NCBI RefSeq assembly: GCF_000143415.4
Contig: NW_003314274.1
Coordinates: forward strand, 62,001-126,000
Reading direction: 5' to 3'
Source: Selaginella moellendorffii
Taxonomy: Eukaryota; Plantae; Lycopodiophyta
Length of the DNA stretch: 64,000 bases
The notes beneath the pieces are model-generated. The model saw only the letters and a program-made list of their open reading frames with translations, was not told the DNA's origin and did not search any database. Shown here in pieces: positions 1 through 10,861 of this stretch. Both the position numbers and the translations under genes were made by a program. The first letter of the stretch is position 1; every line of letters starts with the position of its first letter.

Positions 1-2313
1 CCTTTCTCTCGAATTGCGGGGCAAATTCTCGCCAAATCCCAGTTCTTCAATCGCAGGTTTGTGAGTGATTTCTTTCGTGTCGATTTGGATGTGAAAACTT
101 TTGTGGTTTCTTCGATTTGTTAGATATTGGCCAACGCCATGGCTTTGTAGTCCACACCTCCAAACAGCGTTTGTGCATTTCCATGGACGGCCACCAAAGG
201 TGACTTACAGGAGGTGAGACGTCATTCTCGCATCTCTTTCGCGTTTTTTCACAAGGATGTATCAGAGAGCTTTTCGTCGCGCCAGATGGAGGCACGACTG
301 CTCTCGACTGGCTCGATCCAGGTTTGTCAAAAACTAAAAAACAAATCTATAAGAGCTTGACTAATATCGTGTCCTTTGCTAGAGTCATCTGGGAGTATCT
401 CTATACAAGAGACTCCTATAGTGATCATCGTGCCGGGACTAAGCAGTGAATCGAGCAACGCTGTAAGCGTGAAATGTTTCCACAGTTGAAGAACTGGACT
501 TTCTCTTCATGCAGTATATGAAGCATTTGGCCCATGGAATGGTAAATCAAGGCTGGAGAGCCGTCGTCATAAACCACAGAGGCCTCGGAGGCGTGACTCT
601 CACCGTAAGCTTTGCGTGAACAGCTTTCTCTTCCTTCCATTTCATTTCTTACTGTATTGTTTAGTCGGAGCGATTCTATCACGCAGGATGGACGAGCGAT
701 TTGAGATGGTTTATCCAGGATTTACACAAGCAATTTCCTAAGGCACTTCTTCTAGCAGTTGGCACCAGCCTCGGTGCTAATATCCTGGTACCTTAAGATC
801 TGTGTTTTCTAGTTCTTTTAACGTTGTCATTGGGATTTTAGGTGAAGTATCTAGGTGAAGAAGGCGAGAACACTTTACTTGGTGGTGCAGTCTCTATCTG
901 TAATCCCTGGGATCTTGTGGTGCGTCTGTGTGGAAAAGCTTTATTTCTCATTCTTTCTTCTTTTTTCTTTTTACTTTGCAGGTTTGCGACAGATTTATAG
1001 CTCGGAAACCTGTCCAAAAGCTCTATGATAAAGCAGTAGCAACGGGACTTACTGACTTTGTGCACAGGTAAGTCGTTGTTTTCGATGCTGTGAATTTTGG
1101 CTACAACTTGGTTTTCCTTTGTGTGAGCAGGCATTCGACCGTGCTGTCAAGTATGGACAACTGGAACTTTATCAGGAAGGTAAACACTTGACGGCTTTCT
1201 GATTTTTCATGTTTCTTTTTTTTTTCTCTCCTGCAGTCACGCTCTATACGAACTTTCGATCATCTTTTCACGATAACAGTCGGCAAGTTTGAGGTGAAAC
1301 ACATCTTACTTCTCTCGAACGATTTTCATGAAACTGCATGAAATTCTCTCGTTTGCAGACAGTGGATGATTACTATCGACGGTCCAGCAGTGCTCACCTC
1401 GTTGGCTCGGTCGCCGTGCCCCTCCTTGCTGTTAACTCTCGCGACGATCCCTTGTGCACAAAAGAAGCTATTCCATGGGACGAATGCAGGTAAATCGTCG
1501 TCCATATTTTCCACTAAACGTTGAATTTGATGGCAACTCCTTTCCAGGCTCAATCCTAATGTCCTACTTGCAGTGACACGGCACGGTGGCCACCTTGCGT
1601 ACTTTGAAGGCTTGACTGCCAAAAGCATTTGGTAAAATCCGTTTTTTTCGTAGACTTGTTTCTTGATTTATTCTTCTCTATGCATTCCAGGTGGGTTCGT
1701 GCTATTGAGGAGTTTTTCCAAGTTATAGTTTCGAGTTCTCCGGTGCCAGTTTCAGAGGTTTGAAAAACGAGAAAAGTTTCATTATAACTTAACGCAAGTT
1801 TTTTGTTTGAGCGCTGTAGGATCCTAGTCCCCAGCCAGTCTCAGAACCTTTGCCAGTAGTAGCAGCAGCGGAAGAGCCCTCCACCTCTTGTACAACTGTG
1901 GAGCCGGACGTTGCTGAAACGATGGTGCTGAACGAGGAAGAGATCTTTTCCGAGGAATCTAGTCGGGAACTGGAGTTCCAGCCTCGAACGGCTGCTGCAG
2001 AGCTAGAATCCTCCATTTCGATGGACGAAGAGGGCCTCAGCATCCACTTGTGCTTGAAGACTCGCCAGGAGATGCTTGCGCTCCAGCGTGCCTTGTCCAG
2101 TATCCTTGAAGAGGTAACGTTTTCTTTCTTTCGGTTCCTTACTTGATCTTGGGTGTTTTACAGCCTACGAGTAAGAAGCAGCAAAAACTCGAAGCTTCGA
2201 CAATTGGAACCAAGCAAGCACTGTTGCTGCTAGCTGTTCCTCTTGTTGGTTCAGCTCTTGCGCTCGGCTTGCGACGAAAATACTTCGAAAAGCTGCTAAG
2301 GAGGATCATATAA
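1..2313 (+). CDS. Alpha/beta-hydrolase, ABHD1/3 / EMB8-like (5'-truncated by window edge, multi-exon)
   Basis: Spliced exons encode DGGTTALDWL, nucleophile GTSLGAN, LVKYLGEEG..AVSICNPWDL, DDP and GGHLAYFEG (Ser-Asp-His triad). There is a C-terminal hydrophobic tail and TAA at 2311-2313. Confidence 0.85.
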
Positions 2314-2432
2314 CGCAATATGATAGAATAATCGTAATAATCCACAACTATTGAACCATAGAAAGTACTAAGACGTGACATTCGAATCCTTGCCCCAAAA
2401 TGCTTAAAGATTTAAAGAACTTGAATCGTAGT

Positions 2433-4133
2433 TTACGAAGTTTGTACACTAGTGCGCAACATGGTTGAAAGAAGAATGTACAGTTTGGAAGAATCCACAT
2501 CTAACCTGCAACGAAACCTTTCAGGATTTTGGAGAAACTTTGCGTCCCCAGCACGAACAAGGAGATCCTCCACACAAATCAAGAGCTCCGGTGTTGCTGA
2601 AATCTCGTAGTCTCCAGCCATGGCAAGGAAGAACCTCAGGCCATCACAGACACGGCCCAAGTGATTGCAAGCAGAAATAATTGCTGCAAAGGAAACATGG
2701 TCAGGAACCACACCTTCCATAGCCATTCTTTGGAACATCTCAAAGGAAAACGTAGAAGTTTGGGCTCGAGCGCCACAGATTATAATGGAAGTCCACGAAA
2801 TAGCATCCCTATCGGGCATTGATTCAAACAAATGCTCAGCTCGTTCTACAAGCCCGGACTGGGAATACGCAGAAAGCATGGCATTGCAAGCTTCCAAGCT
2901 TTTAAATGGCAGATTCTCCAGCATCTTTTCTGACTGCTGGAGACAATCATGCTTCCACGATGCCGTGATAGCAATGGTCCACGATGCCATGTCGAGGTAT
3001 GGCATCTTTTCAAGCAGAGCGTACAGTTGTGAAAGATGCCCGGCTCGGGCATATGCTTCAAGCATCTTGTTCCAGGAAACGATGCTTCTCACAGGCATAG
3101 AATCAAAAAGATGCTCGGCCTGGTCAAGGTGGCCATAGAGAGAGTACGTGGAGATCATGGCCGTCCACGACACAACACTACATTCTGGAATATTCTCAAA
3201 AATCTCCCGGGTTGCTTCCAACTTACCCGCTTGTGCATGGCAGGCAAGTAAAGTGTTCCACGATACCGTACACCATTGTGGCATTCTTCGAAAGAGCATA
3301 TCCGTGTCGTACACATGCCCAGAGTTAGCAAATGCCACTAGCATGGCATTGTACGTCACAATATTTCGTAGAGGCATATTCTCAAACACGCCCCACGCAT
3401 TTACAGCGTCTCCGTGTTGTCCATACACCGCTAGGAGCGTGGTACACGTCACAAGATCCCTCTCGGGGAGCTCTCCGTACAGTAGCTTCGCGCTGTGGAG
3501 ATGCCCGGCCTGGGTATATGCCGCAAGCATGGCGTTAAAGGAGACTATGGTCCACTGGGGGAACAAAGAGAAGAACCACTCCACTTTTGACACGTGGGCA
3601 GAGTGTGTATAGGCAGACAGCATCGCGGTCCAGGACACAATGTCTTTCTGTGGCATTGAATGGAAAAGATTCTCGGCTTCGGCAATATTCCCAGACTGGG
3701 AATATCCCTGAAGCATCAGGTTCCACGAGAGGAGGGTGTGTGCTGGCATGGAATGAAAGAGGATCTTGGCTTGTTCGTGGAATCCATGCTCGCTATACAT
3801 TTTGATAAGAGTGTTCCAAGTCACGGGCGATTTGTCCTCCATCCCATCAAAGATGTTTTTTGCTTGATCGAACTTGCCATTGCGAGCATAGGCCTGGATG
3901 AGAATGTTGCAAGAGAAGAGATTGGGCGCCTCTAAGGCTTGGAATGCGCGCTGGGCTCCCTCCAAATCGCCAGTCTTCCCATACATCTCGATCAGGAGAT
4001 TGACGAGGTATTTGTTCTTCCGCAATCTATGGCTCCCCAAAACTAGTTTGCGAGTGTGATTTGTTTCAGAGCCACACTGTTTGATGAGTGTCGCCACAGA
4101 TCCAATCTCCTCACCAGCGGCAACCCCGGGCAT
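2433..4133 (-). CDS. Pentatricopeptide repeat protein, PLS-class dominated by ~31-aa S motifs, with truncated E-like end and no DYW
   Basis: Intronless 566-aa ORF with many repeats of the type xVSWTAMLSAYxxxGxxxxAxxLFxxMP, followed by GVVPDHVSFAAIISACNHLG. Confidence 0.92.
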   Translation of the reverse strand: MPGVAAGEEIGSVATLIKQCGSETNHTRKLVLGSHRLRKNKYLVNLLIEMYGKTGDLEGAQRAFQALEAPNLFSCNILIQAYARNGKFDQAKNIFDGMEDKSPVTWNTLIKMYSEHGFHEQAKILFHSMPAHTLLSWNLMLQGYSQSGNIAEAENLFHSMPQKDIVSWTAMLSAYTHSAHVSKVEWFFSLFPQWTIVSFNAMLAAYTQAGHLHSAKLLYGELPERDLVTCTTLLAVYGQHGDAVNAWGVFENMPLRNIVTYNAMLVAFANSGHVYDTDMLFRRMPQWCTVSWNTLLACHAQAGKLEATREIFENIPECSVVSWTAMISTYSLYGHLDQAEHLFDSMPVRSIVSWNKMLEAYARAGHLSQLYALLEKMPYLDMASWTIAITASWKHDCLQQSEKMLENLPFKSLEACNAMLSAYSQSGLVERAEHLFESMPDRDAISWTSIIICGARAQTSTFSFEMFQRMAMEGVVPDHVSFAAIISACNHLGRVCDGLRFFLAMAGDYEISATPELLICVEDLLVRAGDAKFLQNPERFRCRLDVDSSKLYILLSTMLRTSVQTS

Positions 4134-4317
4134 TTCAAAAGAAATTTAACAAATGCTTTCAGTACTTACGAAGCAAGAGCAATACCATTATGCTATGATT
4201 GAAATAGGCAAATTAGTGGCAAAATGACCAATACAACTTTTGTAATTATTAGATTTATGAGCTCATTAATACACTATTTAACACCATAAAATTTAATATT
4301 AAACATTTTTTAAACAT

Positions 4318-4500
4318 CATTCATCTCATCAGTCAAGAAGAAGCTTGATTCCTTTCAAACCGAAACATCTTTCAAAAACTAGTGCCTTCTCATTCCCCTA
4401 TCCAAGGACATTCATCTCATCAGTCAAGAAGAAGCTTAATTCCTTTCAAGCCAAAACATCTTTCAAAAGCTAGTGCCTTCTCATTCCCCTATCCAAGGAC
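4318..4500 (+). repeat. ~91-bp tandem duplication covering the last codons/stop and 3' flank of the CR-like gene
   Basis: cattcatctcatcagtcaagaagaagctt...ctagtgccttctcattcccctatccaaggac occurs twice with a few substitutions. Confidence 0.9.
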
Positions 4501-6841
4501 GATAGCAAAAGTGTGGGGAACTCTGCTGGTACCTCCTTTCGACTAGTAACCCAGTTCCCATTATCCTCCAACCTGTGAATGCTCCAAGCTTGCATGTCCG
4601 GTAGATAATTCACGTACCAACAAGTGATGCCGGCAAAGCCACTTTGAACCCTCACAATCTCCGTTCCATCCTCCTGTACCTCCGTGTGCAGCGTCAGCTC
4701 TTTTATCACGGTTTTCGCACCAGTCGGATCACCTTCACCGACCCAGAAAAACAAGTAGCTCATTTCACAACGGTGAAGCCGCCCGTAATAGGCACACCGC
4801 TTCAAGTGGTCCTGCACAGCCTCCCTTGTCTCGCTGGATCTGGTTCCAACCTGGAGTTCCATTCCCTGCTTGGGACCATCCGAGCTCTCCATGAAGCCAT
4901 CCATCCTCTTCATCCTCCTTCCATTCTCGTCGCTCTCCTTGACCTCTACAAACACAAGGTACTTGTGAGGAGTGTACAGGCTCTGCTCCATTATACACAT
5001 CAATCCCCGGAAGAACTGCGACTGCATGATGTACTCGGACGGCTGGCCAGACGCATTCAACACCTTGGGCCGCATGAACACCTTCGGATTCATGAAGGCT
5101 ATCGCGGTCTCATAAACCTCCACAAGAGACTCTGTCGGGGCAGGCAAGGCTTGCAACGGTGCGAACTTGCAGCTCTCTAGTAGCGTGGACAAGAGCAACG
5201 GTGAGCTCAACTGAACCTTCCGAGTACCGGCCATCTCCAACACACCGTCGTCAATGGCTTCCAGAACCATGTCCAAGTGATCGACGCCCGCAGATCCGTC
5301 AACGCTGTCGATGCACTGGAGTATCACGTCTTTGACGCGGTCAGGATAAGCAGCTACCACTCGAACCATTTTCCCAAACACGGTATCGTTGAACGCATGG
5401 GATCTCACACGTCCCTGTTCAACCAGCTGACGCCAATGCTCAAAAGAACGCACAGCCGGACCCTGCTCACGACCAGTCCCTTGCAGAAGGTCGCAGCACC
5501 AACCAACAAGGCCAGCGTGCCCGGACGTGATGTCCATTATGCTTTTCGAAATTCCTGAGATTGCTTGGCGATGGTGCTCTTCATCTTCATCACCATCGAA
5601 TGTTGTCTTGCAAAACAAGCAGCGGTCCCGGAAGTAATCATCTAGCATCTGTGCAACCTGCTGCTGGCCCAGCCTCCATCTTTGCCTGTCAAGTTGCTTG
5701 GAGAGAGGGGATGACCAGCCGGAAAGATGCGGGCGAAGTGGATCGTGGCAATGCCGAGGACTCGATGAAGATTCTCGACGGCACCTGGCGTCCCCGATGA
5801 GGTAGGCAAGCCTTGGCAGGCCGCACAGACAGAAGCTGTGAAGCCGGTACTTTCCAAGTTTGTTCCTCGTCACAGATTCTCGTTTTGCGATCCTTAAACT
5901 CGAGAGAAGGTTGCGAACCGCATAGCCAGTCTGGTGATGCATCTGATTGAGTAGCTGCGCTTCGTCCAGTAACCAGATGACAGGCTTGACATCCTTGCGA
6001 GCTGTAAACACGTCAATTACTTCGCTAGACTTTTCCGGTGGCTCGAGCTCGCTCTGGTCGCACACCTTTTCAATCAAACGGTTGTAAAAGTCCTCAGCAG
6101 CCTCCCTCTCTTGCTTAGTCTTGTCGTTAGCCAGAGCGACCATCTTATCGTCCATGGTGGTGAGCTCCACCAAGTAGCCTTTGGCACGGAGCTCCAACCC
6201 GAGCGCCGTCAGCAGCGTCGACTTGCCCGATTGCCATGGCGCCGTGAGCAGCAGCCAGTTTCCGCTCTCCATCTCAGCCACAATCGAGTCCCGGTCCGGC
6301 CAAGGACAGTAGTAGAAACTGTCCAGGTCCACGATTGCGTCGCCAGAAAAAAAGCTGCGCGGAAGCAGACGCTTGCGGGGGCGCAGATGCCTGTCAAGGT
6401 CGACATGGATTCCCTCCCGCTTCTTGTTCAAAGCCTGACGCAGCGTCGTAGTGCTTGCACCAGCGGTCGCAGCGCCAGTGATGATGATGGGAGCCTGCTC
6501 CGAGAGCCCATCCCCAAGGCCAGCAGAAGCAAAGACTCTGATTTGGTTCATGTCCATGACTGAACAAAACGAAGTTAACAAAAACATCAAGAGTTTATAG
6601 CATAAAACTTACCATTGGAGGATTTCAATAGGAGAAGCTTCTCCTCGCGCAGCTGCCTCTTCTCCTCGCGCAGCTGCCTCTTCTCCTCGCACAGCTGCCT
6701 CTTCTCCTCGGGATCATTTGTTTGCTGGAGTTGCCCGTCCACCGCACTAATTTGGCCCTCAAGCACAGCAATCTGCTGCTCAACTTCCCGGATTTGCCCG
6801 GACAAGCCAGAAGCCGGATCACCTTCCGCCTCCACGTCCAT
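4470..6841 (-). CDS. Crinkler-like protein: coiled-coil header + STAND/AAA-type P-loop NTPase + PD-(D/E)xK restriction-endonuclease-like domain (2 exons)
   Basis: Exon 1 is 6841-6613 (MDVEAEG...EEKRQLREEKRQLREEKLLLLK). A GT-AG intron at 6612-6560 joins it in frame to the 706-aa ORF. Walker A is TAPWQSGKST and Walker B is IWLLDEAQ. The C-terminus reads PSEYIMQSQFFRGL..FVEVK..RMDGFM..GMELQV..HLKRCAYY. Confidence 0.75.
6638..6710 (+). repeat. 21-bp tandem repeat (~3.5 copies) encoding heptad EEKRQLR
   Basis: Unit cttctcctcgcgcagctgcct is repeated. Confidence 0.9.
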
Positions 6842-7117
6842 GGCCAAACCTAAGACTCTCGATCCTATTTCACGGTCCAGATCATTAACCTTTAATTAAT
6901 AAACTCTTCTTTATCCTTGGTTTTTTGAAAGAACCAACCTCCTCATATTGAAAAGATGAAGATCGAACCAGCTGATCCTGAGGTAGAGGAAAAGCAGATT
7001 CAAAGATATGAAATATGCAATGGTTAGGCTTGAGTTGGCTTGAGGAGTCTAGAGTGGAGAAATCCAGATTATAGTTTGTGTAAGAACATATGCGGTCATG
7101 ACTATTTTGGCCAAAGG

Positions 7118-7724
7118 CCTGGCTTGTAACATGTTGAAAGACAGTTTTGAATGAAGAGTTTAGATTAGAAAACACCCATTGCGACTAAGCTTGAGAATCC
7201 GGCTTAAGAAATGGAAGACAATGCAAGTGACAAAGCGGACTGCTAGAATTTCCACAGGTCCCGGGATTACAGTAGAATGTATCACTCTCCAGGGAGAGTG
7301 AGCCCCTATGGTCTTAGATCTAAGGGGAAAGAAGAATCCAGGGAAAGTCATAACCCATGGGATCATCATCTAAAGAGGAGCAACTGGATTTCACACAGGG
7401 GGCCCGGCAGATTTTCCACGGTTGGGTATTATGTTGTAAAATTATATTTAGGAATTGGAAAACTGTTGGAGATGAATTACAAGGTATTTCCTGGTCGTTG
7501 TTGGATTGGCATAATTAGATCGTGGCTGTCTATTGTTTGAAATAAGGGTTAAAGAGTTTGCAAGAGTGAGCGAGGAGCAAGGCACTGGAGTACACTCTTC
7601 AGGAATAATTAGAGTTTCTCTACCAATGTGAGTTGGATTGAAACTAATCATACATTAATAATACTAATAATAATATATAGCAACGTAGCCAAAATAAATC
7701 CTAAGGAATATATTATAATCAACA
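7118..7724 (-). mobile_element. Truncated Ty1/copia-like LTR (~593 bp) with degenerate tRNA-iMet primer-binding site
   Basis: Termini are TGTTGA (7132-7137) and TCAACA (7719-7724). On the minus strand the LTR end is followed immediately by TGTTACAAGCCAGG, against the canonical PBS TGGTATCAGAGCCAGG. There is no TSD and no gag/pol. Confidence 0.5.
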
Positions 7725-7859
7725 GAAGCATTGCTTTTCACCATACAGTGAAAGAACGATCAACTCATTGCCTGTGTGTCGAATAAGCTAGCATGACTGA
7801 GGATGAAGTGAAAGTAATCCCGTCTGGTTTAAGTCTTCCAGAACAAAGCCACCGTCTTC

Positions 7860-8270
7860 AAGTGAGCATAGCTCAGCTGATACTCCCGCTTTGAGTTGGC
7901 CACGGACGCAATGACTTCGGCTCTATATCTGGAGATAGTCGAGTGAATTGCCTCCCAATTGCCAGATTCCACAAGCCTTCAGTTCTGCCACGAAAGTTTA
8001 CCAGCATTCGTTGAAACAGCTCGTCTGGTTCGTTGTGCTGAGCATAGGCAATCAAGGTAGTCCACTATGTTGCTTCTGGGGTATTCGTTTAAAAACTTGA
8101 CGAGAGATCGTCGCAACGAATAAAACCTTTGCAGCTTGGAAATAGATAGACAAAGCTCTTTGTGTCTTCTTCACTCCAAACAGGCCTTCAACGCAGAAGC
8201 AACCGTTTGAGCATCCAGATCACAGCCTTGGTACTTCACCAGAGTAACCAGCTCCAAGGCATCGTCAGTT
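7860..8270 (-). pseudogene. Degraded PPR gene fragments
   Basis: Broken PPR-like peptides (WTTLIAYAQHNEPDELFQRM; DALELVTLVKYQGCDLDAQTVASALKAC) with stops and frameshifts. Confidence 0.45.
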
Positions 8271-8477
8271 GGTGCCCAGTACATTTCAGAGCACACTAAT
8301 CCCGCCGCTTAAACCTCTCAAGCACTCACCGTACTTCCACAAGCTCATAGTCAGAGAATCGTCTTCCTCGGGCTCTTTCTTCTCAGTCAGAGAATCGTCC
8401 ACTGCAACTGCCAGAAGATTCGTCACTTCGATCCGCCACCTGGGCTTCTGAAAGATCGCATTCCCGCACTGTTTCCT

Positions 8478-9071
8478 TCAAGATAACATCCATCGCACGA
8501 GCAAAAAGCACGCGAGCAGCACCAAGATAGCCCAGAGAAGAAGCTGGAGCAGTGACCACGGCGTCCTCCTAGTCACTGTTACTACTGCCGCGGGTGTCGG
8601 TGTGGCCACTGCTGCGTCGCGACCGTCGCAACGATGGTGGTGGTGGTGGCGGTGGCGTCCTCCATGATGGTGACCATGGTGATGGTGGTGGACAACCAGA
8701 CGAGCTCCATCACCGTGGTTCGATCGAGCAAGTGCTGTAGACAAGCACTCCTGCTGGAGCTGGATCGTGGTGGCGGGCATGATCAAGGAGAGCAGGCACT
8801 GGAGCTCGATCACCAGGGAGGTGGCCACGAGCATGAACGAAAGCAGCTGGCGCTGGAGCTGGAGCTGCAGTTGGAACTGGAGCGTCACCTTGAAGAACTG
8901 GAGCTAAAGCTGGCGCTGGCTCGTGGCCTCCACAAGCTGCTCGAGGATGGTGGCGTCCATGCGCTGCTTGATGTGATGGAGCTGGAGCTGGAGCTCATGG
9001 GCGCCATGCCAGGGCGGCCGTTGGAGGCCCATGATCGCGAGAGACCATAGCTTCTTGATGGACAGAAGCAT
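8478..9071 (-). other. Low-complexity orphan ORF (LQ repeats, His-rich tract, C-terminal hydrophobic helix) interrupted by one in-frame TAG
   Basis: ORFs 8904-9125 and 8478-8888 are in the same frame, separated by TAG at 8904-8906. Confidence 0.35.
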
Positions 9072-9175
9072 CCATACCTGACGAAAGCGCGCGTTCCGAC
9101 ATCTCGAATAGAAAAATCCAAGCAATACTACTTTTGCCTTTGTGAAAAAAGAGAACTATACACGAGAGCTGGTTT

Positions 9176-10683
9176 TTACGCTGTGGATTGCACGGAGCTG
9201 CAAGTTGGATCCTCCCCAAAGTCATCGTCGTCGATGGACGCGTCCTGGTACTGCTGATACTCGGTCACCAGATCGTTGAGATTGCTCTCCGCCTCGGAGA
9301 ACTCGAGCTCGTCCATCCCCTCGCCGGTGTACCAGTGGAGAAACGCCTTGCGCCGGAACATGAGCGTGAACTGGTCGCTCACTCGCTTGAACATCTCCTG
9401 GATCGACGTCGAGTTCCCGATGAACGTCGAGGACATCTTGAGTCCCTTGGGCGGGATGTCGCATACGCTCGACTTGACGTTGTTTGGGATCCACTCCACG
9501 AAGAAGGACGAGTTCTTGTTCTGGACGTTGACGATCTGTTCTTCCACCTCCTTGGTGCTGATGCGGCCCCGGAACATTGCCGAGGCGGTGAGGTAGCGGC
9601 CGTGGCGAGGGTCCGCCGCGCACATCATGTTCTTGGCGTCCCACATCTGCTGCGTCAGCTCCGGGACGTTGAGCGCTCGGTATGGCTGCGAGCCGCGCGA
9701 GGTGAGCGGTGCGAAGCCGACCATGAAGAAGTGGAGGCGCGGGAAGGGGATGAGGTTGACGGCGAGCTTGCGGAGGTCGGCGTTGAGCTGGCCGGGGAAG
9801 CGGAGGCAGCACGTCACGCCGCTCATCGTTGCTGATATCAAATGGTTGAGATCGCCAACTGCAAGAAAGAGTTGGTGTAAGCCAAAGTTGAACTTGCTAC
9901 TTCAAACTATTGAAGTTTAGAAAACTGGAAAAAGAGAGAGAGAGAGTTTTCGGAGAACTTACAGGTGGGAGTTGTGAGCCGGAGAGTTCTGAAACATATG
10001 TCGTAGAGGGCCTCGTTGTCCAGAACCATGCACTCGTCGGCGTTCTCGACGAGCTGGTGCACGGACAGCGTCGCATTATAAGGCTCCACGACTGTGTCAG
10101 AGACCTTGGGCGACGGGAACACGGAGAAGGTGAGCATCATCCTGTCCGGGTACTCCTCTCGGAGCTTCGATATCAGCAGAGTTCCCATCCCTGAGCCCGT
10201 TCCCCCGCCGAGAGACTGGCTTACTTGGAATCCTGCAGAGAAGAGAAGTAGATTAAGAAACTTGTTGTTCTTGAGAATCGCATCGGTACCTTGCAGGCAA
10301 TCAGCGCCTTCACACTCCTTGCGCACCACGTCCAGCACGGAGTCGATAAGCTCGGCGCCTTCGGTGTAGTGGCCCTTGGCCCAGTTATTCCCGGCGCCCG
10401 TCTGGCCGAAGACGAAGTTATCAGGCCGGAATATCTGTCCATACGGCCCCGACCGAACGCTGTCCATTGTCCCAGGCTCCAAGTCCATGAGAATCGCTCG
10501 AGGCACGTAGCGTCCGGCACTGGCTTCGTTGAAGTAGACGTTCACTCGCTCCAGTTGGAGGTCGGACTCTCCGTGATAAACTCCCGTCGGCTCGATCCCA
10601 TGCTCGTCACATATCACTTCCCAGAACTTGGCGCCAATCTGGTTACCACACTGGCCTCCCTGTACGTGGACAATCTCTCTCAT
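9176..10683 (-). CDS. TUB: Beta-tubulin (3 exons)
   Basis: [17 protein letters not shown] start, [22 protein letters not shown] and [16 protein letters not shown]. Two short introns lie at the usual plant positions. Confidence 0.97.
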
Positions 10684-10861
10684 TTCTTCTGTTTGCTTCG
10701 ATCCAGCTGAAGGACCTGACGACACTGCGGTAGTTCAGCTGTTGGTCTATACCGTTAATGTCGTTGTCACCAGAGAAAAACTACCCCGAGTAACAGTTTT
10801 CTCTTATTGCCTTAACTGTTTTATTTGCGTATAACCAACCTGTATGTAACCATGTGAGAAA

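Noticed and set aside
4470-6841. Bacterial contamination or prokaryotic defence operon as explanation of the NTPase-nuclease gene
   Set aside because: It has a host-style 53-bp spliceosomal intron and is contiguous with plant genes.
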